Shown here piece after piece: positions 10,110-20,851 of a DNA stretch of 64,000 bases. The stretch spans positions 352,001 through 416,000 of the forward strand of contig CAXBMO010000003.1 of the NCBI GenBank assembly GCA_963977015.1, given 5' to 3'. This stretch comes from an uncultured bacterium (GTDB lineage Bacteria > Verrucomicrobiota > Verrucomicrobiia > Verrucomicrobiales > DEV007). The notes beneath the pieces are model-generated. The model was not told the DNA's origin and did no database searches. It worked only from the letters and a program-made list of their open reading frames with translations. A program made the translations under genes and the position numbers. The first letter of the stretch is position 1. Each line of letters starts with the position of its first letter.

Positions 10110-10442
10110 TCACTTCCGAGGCATCTTCAAGACGACCGAAAGGAGCCAACATTGGATCAACCAAATCGGGCAAAACACAGATGTCGGGCCGGGAAATGGC
10201 ACCTTCCTGAATCCAGGCAACCATCGTGGATTGGGGTCCCCCGAATGGCGCTGACTGATTTCAAATCGATTTCCAATTCGGCGTGTGTCATAGCCAATCG
10301 CAACGCAACTTCGCTCAAACGAAAGGATCGCTGCTTTCTCTCCGAACGGAACGATCACGGCAATCCAGCCATCGCTTGTCTTGAAGGCCAGAATCGCAAG
10401 AAACACCATCAGGCCAATGACCATGGAACGGCGATAGGTCAC
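10110..10442 (-). CDS. Small hypothetical membrane protein
   Basis: GTG start overlaps the purD stop (GTGA); hydrophobic N- and C-termini; no recognisable family. Confidence 0.4.
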   Translation of the reverse strand: MTYRRSMVIGLMVFLAILAFKTSDGWIAVIVPFGEKAAILSFERSCVAIGYDTRRIGNRFEISQRHSGDPNPRWLPGFRKVPFPGPTSVFCPIWLIQCWLLSVVLKMPRK

Positions 10443-11692
10443 CCGAAATGCAACCTTCCGATGTCCGAGCGACGTTGGCAGCCCGGAAAATCCACTTTAC
10501 CAGCTTCACGATAAACTTTAGTCACGGCTTCCTCGCGGCTCTTCCCGGACGCGACGACGGCAAGCACCCGGCCTCCGTTCGTTTCGTAGTTTCCTTCGGG
10601 ATTCTTTCGCGTCCCCGCATGGTAGATGCGACTCCCCTCAACGTCCCGCAACCCTGAAATCACGTCGCCCGACCGAGACGATTCTGGATATCCGGCGGAT
10701 GCCAAAATCAGGCAAACGCTCCAATCATCGGAAAAACTGATCTGATCGGGTTCGAGATTTCCCTTCGCTGCATTCAACAGGTATTGGCTGAAGTTCCCGG
10801 AAACCAAGGGCATCACGGCCTGGGCCTCCGGATCGCCAAACCGGCAGTTGTATTCCAGCATCTTGGGCCCTGCGTTGGTCAGCATCAGCCCAAAATAGAG
10901 AAACCCACAGTAGTTGAGTCCATCAGCTTCCAGTCCCTCGATCGTCGGTTTGACCACAGTTTGATCGATCTCCCGGAGCATCGACTCGTCAATCAAGCCT
11001 GTGCGGCAAGATACGGCCCCCATTCCTCCAGTGTTTGGTCCCTGGTCACCATCGCCGATTCGCTTGTAGTCCCGCGCCGGAGCAAGAATTTGATAATCCG
11101 GGCCACTCACCGCCACAAAGATCGAGATTTCGGGTCCTTCCAAAAACTCTTCCACGAGAACCTTCCCCTCCCCAAACTCACCGTTGATGAAAACGCGTTC
11201 GAGAAAGGAGTCCGCTGACGCCTCGTCTGGACAGATCGCGACCCCTTTCCCCGCGGCCAATCCATCGAACTTCAAAACCGTGGGATAGCTGGAAATGGCT
11301 TCCTTGGCAGCCTGAAAGGAATCCGCCATCGCATAACCGCCGGTCGGAATTCCATGCTTGACCATAAACTGCTTTGCAAAATCCTTACTCGCCTCAAGTT
11401 GAGCAGCTGCTTTGGGCGGCCCCCAGCAAGGCACTCCGATCGACTGACAAACTGCCGCCAGCCCCTCATCCTTCACCAGGTAACTCTCTTCACCAGCGAC
11501 ACATAGGTCGATGGAATTTGCGCGCATAAACTCGCCCAAGCTGCTCAATCCGTCCGCCTCAACCGGCTTCGCAATCTGAAAGATCGCATCACTTCCCGGA
11601 AATGAGTAAATCTCCGTTTCGGTTGGAGATTCATGGATTGCGGTGATCAACGCATGTTCGCGTCCGCCTTTGCCTACTACCAAAATTTTCAT
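10439..11692 (-). CDS. purD: Phosphoribosylamine--glycine ligase
   Basis: GxGGREHAL, LEASK, DGLAAGKGV, GPNTGGMG, EYNCRFGDPE, TNGGRVL. Confidence 0.97.
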   Translation of the reverse strand: MKILVVGKGGREHALITAIHESPTETEIYSFPGSDAIFQIAKPVEADGLSSLGEFMRANSIDLCVAGEESYLVKDEGLAAVCQSIGVPCWGPPKAAAQLEASKDFAKQFMVKHGIPTGGYAMADSFQAAKEAISSYPTVLKFDGLAAGKGVAICPDEASADSFLERVFINGEFGEGKVLVEEFLEGPEISIFVAVSGPDYQILAPARDYKRIGDGDQGPNTGGMGAVSCRTGLIDESMLREIDQTVVKPTIEGLEADGLNYCGFLYFGLMLTNAGPKMLEYNCRFGDPEAQAVMPLVSGNFSQYLLNAAKGNLEPDQISFSDDWSVCLILASAGYPESSRSGDVISGLRDVEGSRIYHAGTRKNPEGNYETNGGRVLAVVASGKSREEAVTKVYREAGKVDFPGCQRRSDIGRLHFG

Positions 11693-13665
11693 GATTTCAC
11701 TCCGACTTCAGATTGAACCTGACTGAGCCAACGATCGTAGGGCCTTTGGTCTTCATTCTGTTCGATGAAGTTTACAAAGGCCTGGTTCACAACCCGAAAG
11801 CCACCCGGCGTCGGATAATTGCCGGTAAAATACCAGTCCCCATATTCCCTCCCCATCTCTCCGCGCATCGCCTCTTGGAGGTTCCCTATTTTCTGGAAGA
11901 TCAGAACGACTTCCTTGTCCCATTCCGGATCATCCGGAGTGACCCCCTTCGCCATTGCCTTGGAAATTTCCTCAGGAGTGAAGGGTTTGTAAATTTCCTT
12001 CACGAAGTTTCGTTTCTCACACTCATCACTTTCCAGAGCGGATTTACAGGCAATGTAGGTTTCGGCAATGATGTGCCCTTGATCCGTATCGAGCAGCAGA
12101 TCAATCGTGGCTGAAAAGGCGAGAAATTTCCCCAACTCGCTCATATCGATACCGTAACAGTCCGGAAACCGAATCTGAGGCGCGGTTGAAACAACCACGA
12201 TTTTGCGTGGCTTCAACCGCCCGAGAATCCCGATCAAAGACTCCTTCAACGTCGTGCCCCGGACGATCGAGTCGTCGAGCGCGACCAGCGTATCCACCCG
12301 TTTAATCTGACCGTAGGTGATGTCGTAGCCGAGGGCCACCATCTCGTTGCGTCCCTTTTCGCCACTGATGAACGTGCGGAACCGCTCGTCCTTGTGAGCC
12401 AACTTCTCTCCCTTTGGCCAGGGGCGGTCGATCAACTCATCCAACATTTGTTCCGCAGTGCCTTCCTCCATCGCAGCCGCGAGATCCTTTCGCAATTGCT
12501 GGCGCCGGCGACGGTTGAGTTCATCCATCATCCCGAGGTATCCGGTTTCGGCCGTGTTGGGAATAAAGGTGAACACCGCTTCGCCAAAGCCGCCTCCAAT
12601 CTCTTCCAGCACTTGATCCACGAGGGCTGCCCCCATGGCCTTCCGTTCGCGGTAAATGTCATGATCACTTCCGCGGCTGAAGTAGATCCGCTCAAAAGAG
12701 CAGGGCAAGCGCTCGCTCGGCTCCGTGAATTGTTCGATCCTGAAATCTCCTTCTTCGGTGTTTTTGATCGAAGCGACGTGACCAGGCTCCAGTTCCTGAA
12801 TTTCTCCCAAAGGCTTGTCAAAAACCGTCATCAACGGAGGCCTTTCCGACGCGAAGGCGATGACCTCATCATCCACGAAATAGTGACAGGGCCGAATTCC
12901 GTTGGGATCCCGCATCACAAATCCATCGCCGTTCCCCACCGCACCGGCAATCGTGTAACCGCCGTCCCAGTCCCTCGCCGCATTCTCCAGCACTTTGCGA
13001 ACGCAAAGTTCTTCGCTGATCCGGTCCGGAATGGTCGCACCGGGAAGCTCATTCTGATAGCGGTGATAAACCGCGTCGTGAGCTTGATCGAGATAGAAGC
13101 CAATATCTTCGAGCACGACCTGGGTATCGATATCCTGAAAGGGATGCTGACCGCGATTCACCATCGCCGTCTTCAATTCGCCAACATTGGTCATGTTGAA
13201 GTTCCCCAACAGCATCAAGGACTTCGTCTTCCAGTTCGATTCCCTTACTTGCGGATGGCAGAACTTCTTGTTCGAGGATCCACCGGATGTTGAATAGCGG
13301 AGGTGGCCGAACAGGTTCTCGCCACCGAACGCAAAGTAGCGCTTTACGCTTTCCGGACGGTCTTTGCTGATCTTTCCGTCTCGCTTCAGTCCACGATACT
13401 CCTTCAGGATATCGCCAAAGACGGGGCCCAACGCGTCCCGCTTCGCGGATCGCTCGTGAAACATGTAACGCTGGCCGTGGTCGACATTGACCTTACAACA
13501 GCCAAACCCGACGCCGTCATGGCCGCGGTTGCGCTGTTTTTGGAGGAGGAAGAAAAGCTTCTTCAGCCCCCAAAGTGGGTCACCGTACTTCTCGGTGTAA
13601 TAGCTGTGGGGCTTGCGGAGCCTGACATAGGCAATCCCGCATTCGTGCTTGATTGGGTCGCTCAT
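11689..13665 (-). CDS. purF: Amidophosphoribosyltransferase (long form)
   Basis: Propeptide MSDPIKHE|CG (Ntn nucleophile Cys), GHLRYST, RDPNGIRP, CSFERIYFSR, PRPP motif DDSIVRGTT, YGIDM; ATGA overlap with purD. Confidence 0.95.
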   Translation of the reverse strand: MSDPIKHECGIAYVRLRKPHSYYTEKYGDPLWGLKKLFFLLQKQRNRGHDGVGFGCCKVNVDHGQRYMFHERSAKRDALGPVFGDILKEYRGLKRDGKISKDRPESVKRYFAFGGENLFGHLRYSTSGGSSNKKFCHPQVRESNWKTKSLMLLGNFNMTNVGELKTAMVNRGQHPFQDIDTQVVLEDIGFYLDQAHDAVYHRYQNELPGATIPDRISEELCVRKVLENAARDWDGGYTIAGAVGNGDGFVMRDPNGIRPCHYFVDDEVIAFASERPPLMTVFDKPLGEIQELEPGHVASIKNTEEGDFRIEQFTEPSERLPCSFERIYFSRGSDHDIYRERKAMGAALVDQVLEEIGGGFGEAVFTFIPNTAETGYLGMMDELNRRRRQQLRKDLAAAMEEGTAEQMLDELIDRPWPKGEKLAHKDERFRTFISGEKGRNEMVALGYDITYGQIKRVDTLVALDDSIVRGTTLKESLIGILGRLKPRKIVVVSTAPQIRFPDCYGIDMSELGKFLAFSATIDLLLDTDQGHIIAETYIACKSALESDECEKRNFVKEIYKPFTPEEISKAMAKGVTPDDPEWDKEVVLIFQKIGNLQEAMRGEMGREYGDWYFTGNYPTPGGFRVVNQAFVNFIEQNEDQRPYDRWLSQVQSEVGVKS

Positions 13666-13747
13666 TGCGAAGGTTGAGTGGGCTGCCTCCGAATAAGTGA
13701 AAACCGCTCAACCTGCAAACGGCAATTCCAACGGAAAAATCGCTTGT

Positions 13748-14734
13748 TCACCCTGCGAAATCGACCCTGACCTTACCTGAATCGTTCACCTCTCCGAGAT
13801 TCACGGCACCCGGCCCGCAGGACAAGGCGGCACCCGCTTGTTCTGGTGGCACGATCGCCACCCAACCGAATCCGAGATTGAACGTATTTGCGACATCGCT
13901 TTTGTCGCAATGGGCCAAAACTTTCGGCACGGCTCCCAATTCCCAGGCCGGAACCGACAAATCCGCGCCAAGGTTTCCAAAAAGACGCTCCAAATTCTCC
14001 GGCAATCCTCCTCCGGTAATGTGGGCAAACGCCCGGGCCTGAATCTCAGCCTCCTTCAGGCTTTGCACCACATCGTGATAAAGCCGCGTTGGCGCCAGCA
14101 GGTTCCGAATCTCCTCATCGCTAAACTGGGTCGCGTTTTCCCGCAGCACCCGGCGAACCAGACTCCAACCATTGGCGTGAAACCCGTCGGAGGCGTATCC
14201 GATCACCACATCTCCAATTCTGATTTGGCGGGGATCCAGCAAATTCTCTTTCTCGGCCGCACCAATACAAAATCCAGAGAGTTCGATCACTCCATCCGGA
14301 ACGATTCCCGGCATTTCCGCGGTCTCTCCACCTGCCAGGATACAATCGCAACTTTCGAGATACTCCACCATTCCCGCGACAAGCCGGGTGATCTTCTTGG
14401 GCTCCAGCTTGGCAATTCCAATGTAATCCAGAAAAAGCAGCGGATCACCACCGGTCGTCAGAATGTCGTTCACACTCATCGCGACCAGGTCCTTCCCCGC
14501 AGCCTCCAAGAGGTCATGGGCGAGAAGGAGCTCCAATTTGGTTCCAACTCCATCACAACCAGTCACGATGACCGGAGCGTTGTATCCTGAAAGGTCATAA
14601 CTCGCGGCGAACAACCCGAAAGCCTGATGTAATTGACGGTTCTTTTGGGTACGCTGGCAGAGCTCGCCAATATCGCCGACAATTTCAGCCGCTTCATGGA
14701 TATCGACTCCCGCGTCTTTGTAAGTGAGGGACAT
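13748..14734 (-). CDS. purM: Phosphoribosylformylglycinamidine cyclo-ligase (AIR synthetase)
   Basis: TYKDAGVDI, DGVGTK, DLVAMSVND, GGETAEMPG, HITGGG..EN; start at MSLTYKDAG. Confidence 0.96.
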   Translation of the reverse strand: MSLTYKDAGVDIHEAAEIVGDIGELCQRTQKNRQLHQAFGLFAASYDLSGYNAPVIVTGCDGVGTKLELLLAHDLLEAAGKDLVAMSVNDILTTGGDPLLFLDYIGIAKLEPKKITRLVAGMVEYLESCDCILAGGETAEMPGIVPDGVIELSGFCIGAAEKENLLDPRQIRIGDVVIGYASDGFHANGWSLVRRVLRENATQFSDEEIRNLLAPTRLYHDVVQSLKEAEIQARAFAHITGGGLPENLERLFGNLGADLSVPAWELGAVPKVLAHCDKSDVANTFNLGFGWVAIVPPEQAGAALSCGPGAVNLGEVNDSGKVRVDFAG

Positions 14735-14817
14735 GAGGCGAACGGAATTCATAACGCCGTAAAGTCCAGCGCGAAATCTTGGGTTGAAGTGACTTTCCGC
14801 TTCCGCCATCGGTAGTT

Positions 14818-15672
14818 GTGCCCGCCGAAACAGGAACATCGTTCGCGTTTTCGCTCGAATCCGAGATGTGGAAGATCAATCACGAGCGATGTGGGCTCCT
14901 GTTCGGCCCAGCTGCGGCCATTCTCCAAATCGCCCACCCGCGAATCGCGCAGGGCGTGGCCGATCACAGCGATTTCGAATTCGACACGGTTGGCCGACTC
15001 AGGCGAACCCTGGCATCCACCAATCGGATCGCATTTGGCACGATCAAGGATGCCGAACATACCAAAGAACGGCTGAAAAGCGTCCACCAGCAGGTTCAGG
15101 GAAGAACTTCGGATACCATGGAAGGTCCACCAAGCTATTCTGCCTTTGAGCCCGACTTATTGCTATGGGTTCTCGGGACGTTGATCATGGCGGCGCTTCA
15201 AGGCCATGAACTCGCGCGAGGTCCTCTCCCCGCCGACCGGAAGGATGGCTTTTACCATGATATGCGTAGATTCGGCACCTATTTTGGGTTGAAGAAGGAC
15301 TTTGGCCCCTCCGACTTCAGGGCGTTTCAGGATTACTACCAAGAGATGCTGTCCGGAGATTTACTTGGCAGCCACCCTCTCTGCGAGAAATTGACTCACT
15401 CAATCGTTTACCCCGAGGACTCGCTGGAGACCAAGGTTCTCGGTCAGGTTTTGGCCTTTCTCCCCATTGAGACTCTCCCCGCTGACCTGCTCCCACGCCT
15501 GGGCCTGGCATCAACTCGTTCGACAAGGATCAAATTTCGCTTCCTGAAAAAACTTCTCCCATCTATTTATACGGCAATCCCGAAGATACTTCGCTTGTAT
15601 CCAGAGTCGCAAGAACGCCTGAAACGCGAACACGAGCCCCAATCATTTCGAACATCCCATCCTACCAAATGA
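14818..15672 (+). CDS. Oxygenase MpaB family (DUF2236) protein
   Basis: LLQIAHP..AQGVADHS, RLRRT, H..VQG, YSA..P.LL.WV..TL pattern. Confidence 0.8.
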   Translation: MPAETGTSFAFSLESEMWKINHERCGLLFGPAAAILQIAHPRIAQGVADHSDFEFDTVGRLRRTLASTNRIAFGTIKDAEHTKERLKSVHQQVQGRTSDTMEGPPSYSAFEPDLLLWVLGTLIMAALQGHELARGPLPADRKDGFYHDMRRFGTYFGLKKDFGPSDFRAFQDYYQEMLSGDLLGSHPLCEKLTHSIVYPEDSLETKVLGQVLAFLPIETLPADLLPRLGLASTRSTRIKFRFLKKLLPSIYTAIPKILRLYPESQERLKREHEPQSFRTSHPTK

Positions 15673-16940
15673 CCAAAAGCCCTATGAACCGCCTCCTTTG
15701 CCTGTTCCTCTCCCTCACTCCGTGGCTCGCCTCAGCGGAATGGACCCAATTCCGTGGATCCGGCGGGCAGGGACATGTCGAAGAAGGTGCACAGCTTCCC
15801 CTGGAGTGGAGTGCGGAGAAAAACGTGACTTGGCGGGTGGATCTCCCAGGCAAAGGGTGGTCTTCACCGATCGTCCATCAGGGAAAAATTTACCTCACCG
15901 CAGCCATCGCGGAAACCCGTGACCAGGATCGCACAGGGGTAGACCGCTCCTTGGTTACCATCGCTCTCGATGCCAAGAGTGGCGAAATCCTCTGGCAAAC
16001 CCAGGTCTTTCAGCAAGACGGCGCACGGGAGGCAAGGATCCACAAGAAGAACAGCCATGCCTCCTCCACTCCAATCATTGCCTGGGATCATTTGTTTGTT
16101 CACTTTGGCCATCAGGGAACCGCCTGCCTCAACCTCGACGGTAAAGTCTTGTGGACAAACCAAGACCTGACCTACAAGCCCGTTCACGGAAATGGGGGCT
16201 CACCAATTGTGGTGGGCGACAAGCTCATTTTCAGCTGTGACGGTCCGCCAGATCCTTTCGTGGCGGCATTACACGTCAAAACCGGTCGCGTTGCCTGGAA
16301 AACCCCACGAAACACCAAAGCGAGTAAGAAATTCTCGTTCTGCACCCCAATCCTCCTGGACGTTGACGGCCGTAAAGAGGTCATCCTTCCGGGAAGCGGT
16401 AGCGTCTTTGCCTACGACCCACAAACTGGTGCAGAGTTGTGGCGATCGGGTTACGGTGAGGGCTATAGCGTTGTGCCTCGACCGGTCTTTGGACATGGGC
16501 TGATTTTCGCCAGCAGCGGTTACGACCGCCCAGCGATCTACGCCGTTCATCCCGGCGGAAGTGGGGATGTTACCAAGTCCCATATCGAATGGGCACACAC
16601 CGCAAAAGGCGCCCCACGCAACGCTTCGCCACTCCTTGTTGGTGATGAACTCTATCTTTTCGACGACAAGGGAATTGGTAGCTGCCTTGACGCAAAAACG
16701 GGTGACGTTCACTGGCAGGAACGTGTCGGAAGCGACATGTCAGCATCGCCGATCCACTCCAATGGCAAAATCTATGCTCTCGATGAGCAAGGCACGACCT
16801 ACGTAATTGAGGCCGGGACGGATTTCAACCTGCTCGCCGAAAATGCATTGGAAGAACGGACTCTCGCGTCTTTCGGGGTTGATGGAGACGCGCTACTCAT
16901 TCGGACCGAAACCGGGCTATTTCGGATCGAGGAGCGTTAG
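15669..16940 (+). CDS. Secreted PQQ-binding-like beta-propeller repeat protein (BamB-like)
   Basis: Signal peptide, WTQFRG, LPG.GWSSPIV, repeated LDAK.GE..W blades. Confidence 0.88.
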   Translation: MTKSPMNRLLCLFLSLTPWLASAEWTQFRGSGGQGHVEEGAQLPLEWSAEKNVTWRVDLPGKGWSSPIVHQGKIYLTAAIAETRDQDRTGVDRSLVTIALDAKSGEILWQTQVFQQDGAREARIHKKNSHASSTPIIAWDHLFVHFGHQGTACLNLDGKVLWTNQDLTYKPVHGNGGSPIVVGDKLIFSCDGPPDPFVAALHVKTGRVAWKTPRNTKASKKFSFCTPILLDVDGRKEVILPGSGSVFAYDPQTGAELWRSGYGEGYSVVPRPVFGHGLIFASSGYDRPAIYAVHPGGSGDVTKSHIEWAHTAKGAPRNASPLLVGDELYLFDDKGIGSCLDAKTGDVHWQERVGSDMSASPIHSNGKIYALDEQGTTYVIEAGTDFNLLAENALEERTLASFGVDGDALLIRTETGLFRIEER

Positions 16941-16948
16941 ACGCCTTC

Positions 16949-17311
16949 CTACCGAACAAAATACGTGTAGTGGGCTGAGACGGTGGAAACAACCCCCACT
17001 CCACCCACCAGAAAAAGGCCCAGCCCCGTCGCAATTGCCGGAAGACAGTCCACTCTCCGCAACATTGCCAATCGCACGGGTGAAGCGATCGCCACAGCCA
17101 ACGCGATTCCCACGAAGAGCAATTGCGCCGCTCCCCCAATCAAAAAGCCGACAATCCCAATTCCCAACGGCGTCAAAACTCCGACACGGAACCAAGGGCC
17201 ATCTTCAGCCAGTTGAGTTGCCACCATCAGCATCGCTCCGGAAAGCCCCAGAAAGACGGAAAGAACAGCGACGATCGAAAGCAAGAGCTCGGGCCAGGTG
17301 ATGAAGTCCAT
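16949..17311 (-). CDS. Hypothetical small membrane protein (3-4 TM)
   Basis: ATG start, strongly hydrophobic, fills the gap between flanking genes. Confidence 0.55.
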   Translation of the reverse strand: MDFITWPELLLSIVAVLSVFLGLSGAMLMVATQLAEDGPWFRVGVLTPLGIGIVGFLIGGAAQLLFVGIALAVAIASPVRLAMLRRVDCLPAIATGLGLFLVGGVGVVSTVSAHYTYFVR

Positions 17312-17460
17312 AGAAGGATTGGAAACTATCGATTCGTCTCGTTGCGTCTAGTCAGAATGGTTCAAATCTCACCGATTTCCCTGGCTGCAGATTCCACACG
17401 CTCATCCCGTGAACTTCCGCGGATTTGCATTATGATGAAAGGGAGATTTCCGTCAGGCTC

Positions 17461-18171
17461 ATGCAATCCAACGAGATCATCGTTTATGACAATGTAGATG
17501 AGTGCCCCTACCTTCCGAAAACGATGGCTCGGATGCCGCTTCGTCGACCGACGAAGAAACTAACAGGCCCCCAATTCGATCAACGAATGTTCGAGGGTGA
17601 CCGCCGCTACGGGCGCTTTCTCTATCGAACGGCCTGTGGCGACTGTCAGGCTTGCGAGCCAATCCGAATTTCGATCAGGGATTTTAAGCCGAACAAAACT
17701 CAAAGACGCACCCTGACCCGAGGAAACGCTCAATTTTTAACCGTGGTTCAGACTCCAGTGGTCGATTCCGAACATGTCGCCCTCTACAATGACCACAGTG
17801 ATCGGAAGGGGCTGAATTCGCACTCCAAAACGACAAGCGCCTACGACTACAAGATGTTTCTTGCCGATACGTGCTGCGATACGTTCGAGTTTTCCTACTA
17901 CCACGAAGGGAAACTGATTGGCGTCTCCATAGCGGACCGGGGAAGCACCTGTCTTTCTGCGGTTTATTGCTTTTACGACCTCGACTTCGCGAAACTCAGC
18001 CCCGGAACCTTCTCCGTGCTCAAGCAGATTGAGAAGTGCGCGGATTGGAATCTAGAATTTCTATATCTTGGCTACTACGTCGCGGAGAATGCTCACATGA
18101 ACTACAAGGCTTCGTTTTACCCTCACCAACGCCTGATTGACGGCGAATGGAGGGAATTTAAGAAAAATTAG
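17461..18171 (+). CDS. Arginyltransferase-family protein (ATE1-like / Bpt aminoacyl-transferase)
   Basis: CPYLP, G.RRYG..LYR..C..C.AC, SAVYCFYD, SPGTFSVL.QI, YLGYYV...MNYK..F.P. Confidence 0.88.
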   Translation: MQSNEIIVYDNVDECPYLPKTMARMPLRRPTKKLTGPQFDQRMFEGDRRYGRFLYRTACGDCQACEPIRISIRDFKPNKTQRRTLTRGNAQFLTVVQTPVVDSEHVALYNDHSDRKGLNSHSKTTSAYDYKMFLADTCCDTFEFSYYHEGKLIGVSIADRGSTCLSAVYCFYDLDFAKLSPGTFSVLKQIEKCADWNLEFLYLGYYVAENAHMNYKASFYPHQRLIDGEWREFKKN

Positions 18172-18243
18172 AATGCGGAGCTGTCCATGATCAGTCCTAA
18201 TTGGACTTTCACGTTCCCTTTTCGTAAACTGACAAAACCAACC

Positions 18244-20838
18244 ATGCGCCGAAGGACAAAAACCGTACTATGGATGTTCGCCATCCTGGTGCTGCTCGTG
18301 GGTTGGGCCGCCTACTACGTCCAGGATAAAGGCTTTACCCATCAGTGGCGCGACATGATCATGTCGGAGTTCGAAAAGCGCGGGGTTCATGCGACCATTC
18401 GCCGCCTGAATCTCGACCCCTTGCGGGGGTTGATCGCCCGCGACGTGGCCGTGTATGAGGATCCCGAACACAAGATTCTCTTGATGTCGATTTCCCAGAT
18501 CGCGCTCGATATCGATCCCGTTAAGCTCCTGTCAGGCAGCCAATCGATGCGAGCATTCGAAGTTCGCAATGCCCAGGTCACCATTCCTCTCGATCCGCAA
18601 CGCAAACACAAGGGCGAGCAACTGAAACTCGACAATCTGAGTGCCCGGACACTGATGAGGCCCGACCACATCGAGATTGTGCGGGCCCAGGCGATCCTTG
18701 AGGGACTTGAGGTCAGCGTTTCCGGTTCGCTTTTTAGGCCGGGCGACGTTCAGGAAACACCTGAGAAGGAAGCTGAAGACAAAAAGGAACCTGCGGAGGT
18801 CAAACCAACCGATAACAAAGATCACCTCAAGATTCTTCGGGATCGTCGCCAATCCATTGCCTCGGTCCTGGATTATCTCAAACGCTTCGAGTTTTCTGAC
18901 GAAGCCAAGCCCACTCTGGAAGTGCGGGTGGATGGGGACATGGCCAACCTTCCTGAGTTGCGGGCGGCGGGAGATTTGAAGTCCGGGCCATTCCGCTATG
19001 CGGGTCATTCCAATGAGGCTGTTCACGCTCAATTTGAGTGGGCAAACGAGCGGCTCATCGTTCACGAGCTCAACCTCGAAGATCGATTTGGGAAGCTGCT
19101 TTCGCGGATGGAATACGATCCCAGCGAAAAAATACTCGGGTTCTCGCTCAAAAGCTCGACCGACCTTCACGGACAACTTTCGGCAGCTTTCCGTGCCCCC
19201 CGCTTGGGGGAAGTCGTCTTTTATCGCCCTCCCCTTATCGAAGCCAGCGGCACCTGTCGGCTCGATGGGGAGTTTTCGTGGGAAAATATGCCGCTCGACA
19301 TCATCGGCAGCGTCCGGTCCGACCACCTGACCAGCCGCGGCGTGATTTTTGAGGCGATGAGTTTCGATTTCAGCGCAAATGGACGCGAGCTGTACATCCG
19401 CAATGGGCGGATTGAACACAAAACCGGCGTCCTGGATTGTCACATTTTACGCGACTCCAATGGTGTCCGTTTTCGATCAACGGCTCAGCTCGACCCCACC
19501 ATTTTCAAGCCCTTCGTCAGGCTGAAGGGAAATGAGAACTTCCTGAACCGTTGGTCTTTCAACAACGATTCCGGAATTTACATCAAGTTTCAGGGAAACG
19601 GCCCATCGCTGGATCCCACTACCTGGTCCAGCACCGGGGTGATTGATCTGCGAAATTGCCAACTCAATGGACACCCCATCAGCGAGTTGCAATGTGAACT
19701 GCAATTTGAGGGCAACGTCCACGAATACAGGAACGTCGTGATCAGTCGTCCCGAAGGCTCCGTCACCGGTGAACACATCATCTTCGATCATGGCTCCCAA
19801 ACTTGCTACCTGGAGGATGTCGCCGGAAAAGTGCTGCCGGTTCACGCCGTGGGTTGGTTTGCGCCAAAAGCAGCCCAACAGCTCCTGGTCTACGATTTTG
19901 CCGAGCCGCCGGAATTCTCGATTGAGGGAACGATCGACTGTCGGCCCGGCTCCGAACTCGCCCGGTCCACCGCGCGGCACGATTATGAATTCTCCTTCAA
20001 GAGCGATGCCGATGCGAGTTACGAACTCTTTGGTCAGGTGATGCAATTGTCCGCTCCATCCGGCACGGTCCAGATTAAGGAGAACTCCATCCTGCTCTCA
20101 GATTTCAAGACCGGCACACTCGGAGGCGACATCTCGGCATCGGTCGTTCTGACAGACATCCATCGTGTGATCGGGTATGAAGTCGACCTCGGTGTCAACA
20201 ACATCGATTTCCGCCAATTGGCAGAACTCTACAGCAGTTACAAGGAGACGGAAGGCCATCTCAGCGGCACGATGAGATTTGAAGGAAAGGGAATCGGCAT
20301 TGAGCACCTCAAGGCCACCGGTTCGGCTGTGATTGTCGATGGAAACGTTTTCTCGATACCGGCCTTTGGCCCTCTCTCCAAGCCGATTCAGGAAGTTCTT
20401 CCCAAACTTCATGGCGATTTTTCCGTCGCCCGCGAAGCCAATCTCGCGTTTGAGATCGCCGATTCGAAGTTTTATACCCGCGACTTTCAGGCCAAGACCA
20501 ATACCTTCCAGATGAAGGGGTCCGGCTCCGTCGATTTGGTAACCCAGGAGTTGGACTTTGAGGCCGGTCTCAACCTCAGGGGCGCCCCGGGTCTGCTTTT
20601 TGCTCCGGTCGCGAAATTGCTGGTTTTTAAGGGTGAGGGCAGTGTATCCCAGCCCACTTGGCGAGCCAAAAATATGCCGGGGATGGTCACCAACAAGGCC
20701 TTGAAAGAATTGGGCGACATCACCGAGAATGCACTGCGAAAAGCCGGCGAGCTCCATTTGGGCCCTGATAAGGACCGGAAGGACGACCCGGAACGACGCG
20801 ACCGATTCCGAAACAAAGCCGAGAATCCAACCGATTGA
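18244..20838 (+). CDS. AsmA-like family protein
   Basis: N-terminal TM anchor, long beta-rich body, AsmA-like C-terminus (G.G.VDL...LDF...G....P.W). Confidence 0.7.
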   Translation: MRRRTKTVLWMFAILVLLVGWAAYYVQDKGFTHQWRDMIMSEFEKRGVHATIRRLNLDPLRGLIARDVAVYEDPEHKILLMSISQIALDIDPVKLLSGSQSMRAFEVRNAQVTIPLDPQRKHKGEQLKLDNLSARTLMRPDHIEIVRAQAILEGLEVSVSGSLFRPGDVQETPEKEAEDKKEPAEVKPTDNKDHLKILRDRRQSIASVLDYLKRFEFSDEAKPTLEVRVDGDMANLPELRAAGDLKSGPFRYAGHSNEAVHAQFEWANERLIVHELNLEDRFGKLLSRMEYDPSEKILGFSLKSSTDLHGQLSAAFRAPRLGEVVFYRPPLIEASGTCRLDGEFSWENMPLDIIGSVRSDHLTSRGVIFEAMSFDFSANGRELYIRNGRIEHKTGVLDCHILRDSNGVRFRSTAQLDPTIFKPFVRLKGNENFLNRWSFNNDSGIYIKFQGNGPSLDPTTWSSTGVIDLRNCQLNGHPISELQCELQFEGNVHEYRNVVISRPEGSVTGEHIIFDHGSQTCYLEDVAGKVLPVHAVGWFAPKAAQQLLVYDFAEPPEFSIEGTIDCRPGSELARSTARHDYEFSFKSDADASYELFGQVMQLSAPSGTVQIKENSILLSDFKTGTLGGDISASVVLTDIHRVIGYEVDLGVNNIDFRQLAELYSSYKETEGHLSGTMRFEGKGIGIEHLKATGSAVIVDGNVFSIPAFGPLSKPIQEVLPKLHGDFSVAREANLAFEIADSKFYTRDFQAKTNTFQMKGSGSVDLVTQELDFEAGLNLRGAPGLLFAPVAKLLVFKGEGSVSQPTWRAKNMPGMVTNKALKELGDITENALRKAGELHLGPDKDRKDDPERRDRFRNKAENPTD

Positions 20839-20851
20839 CCGGTCGGCAGCT

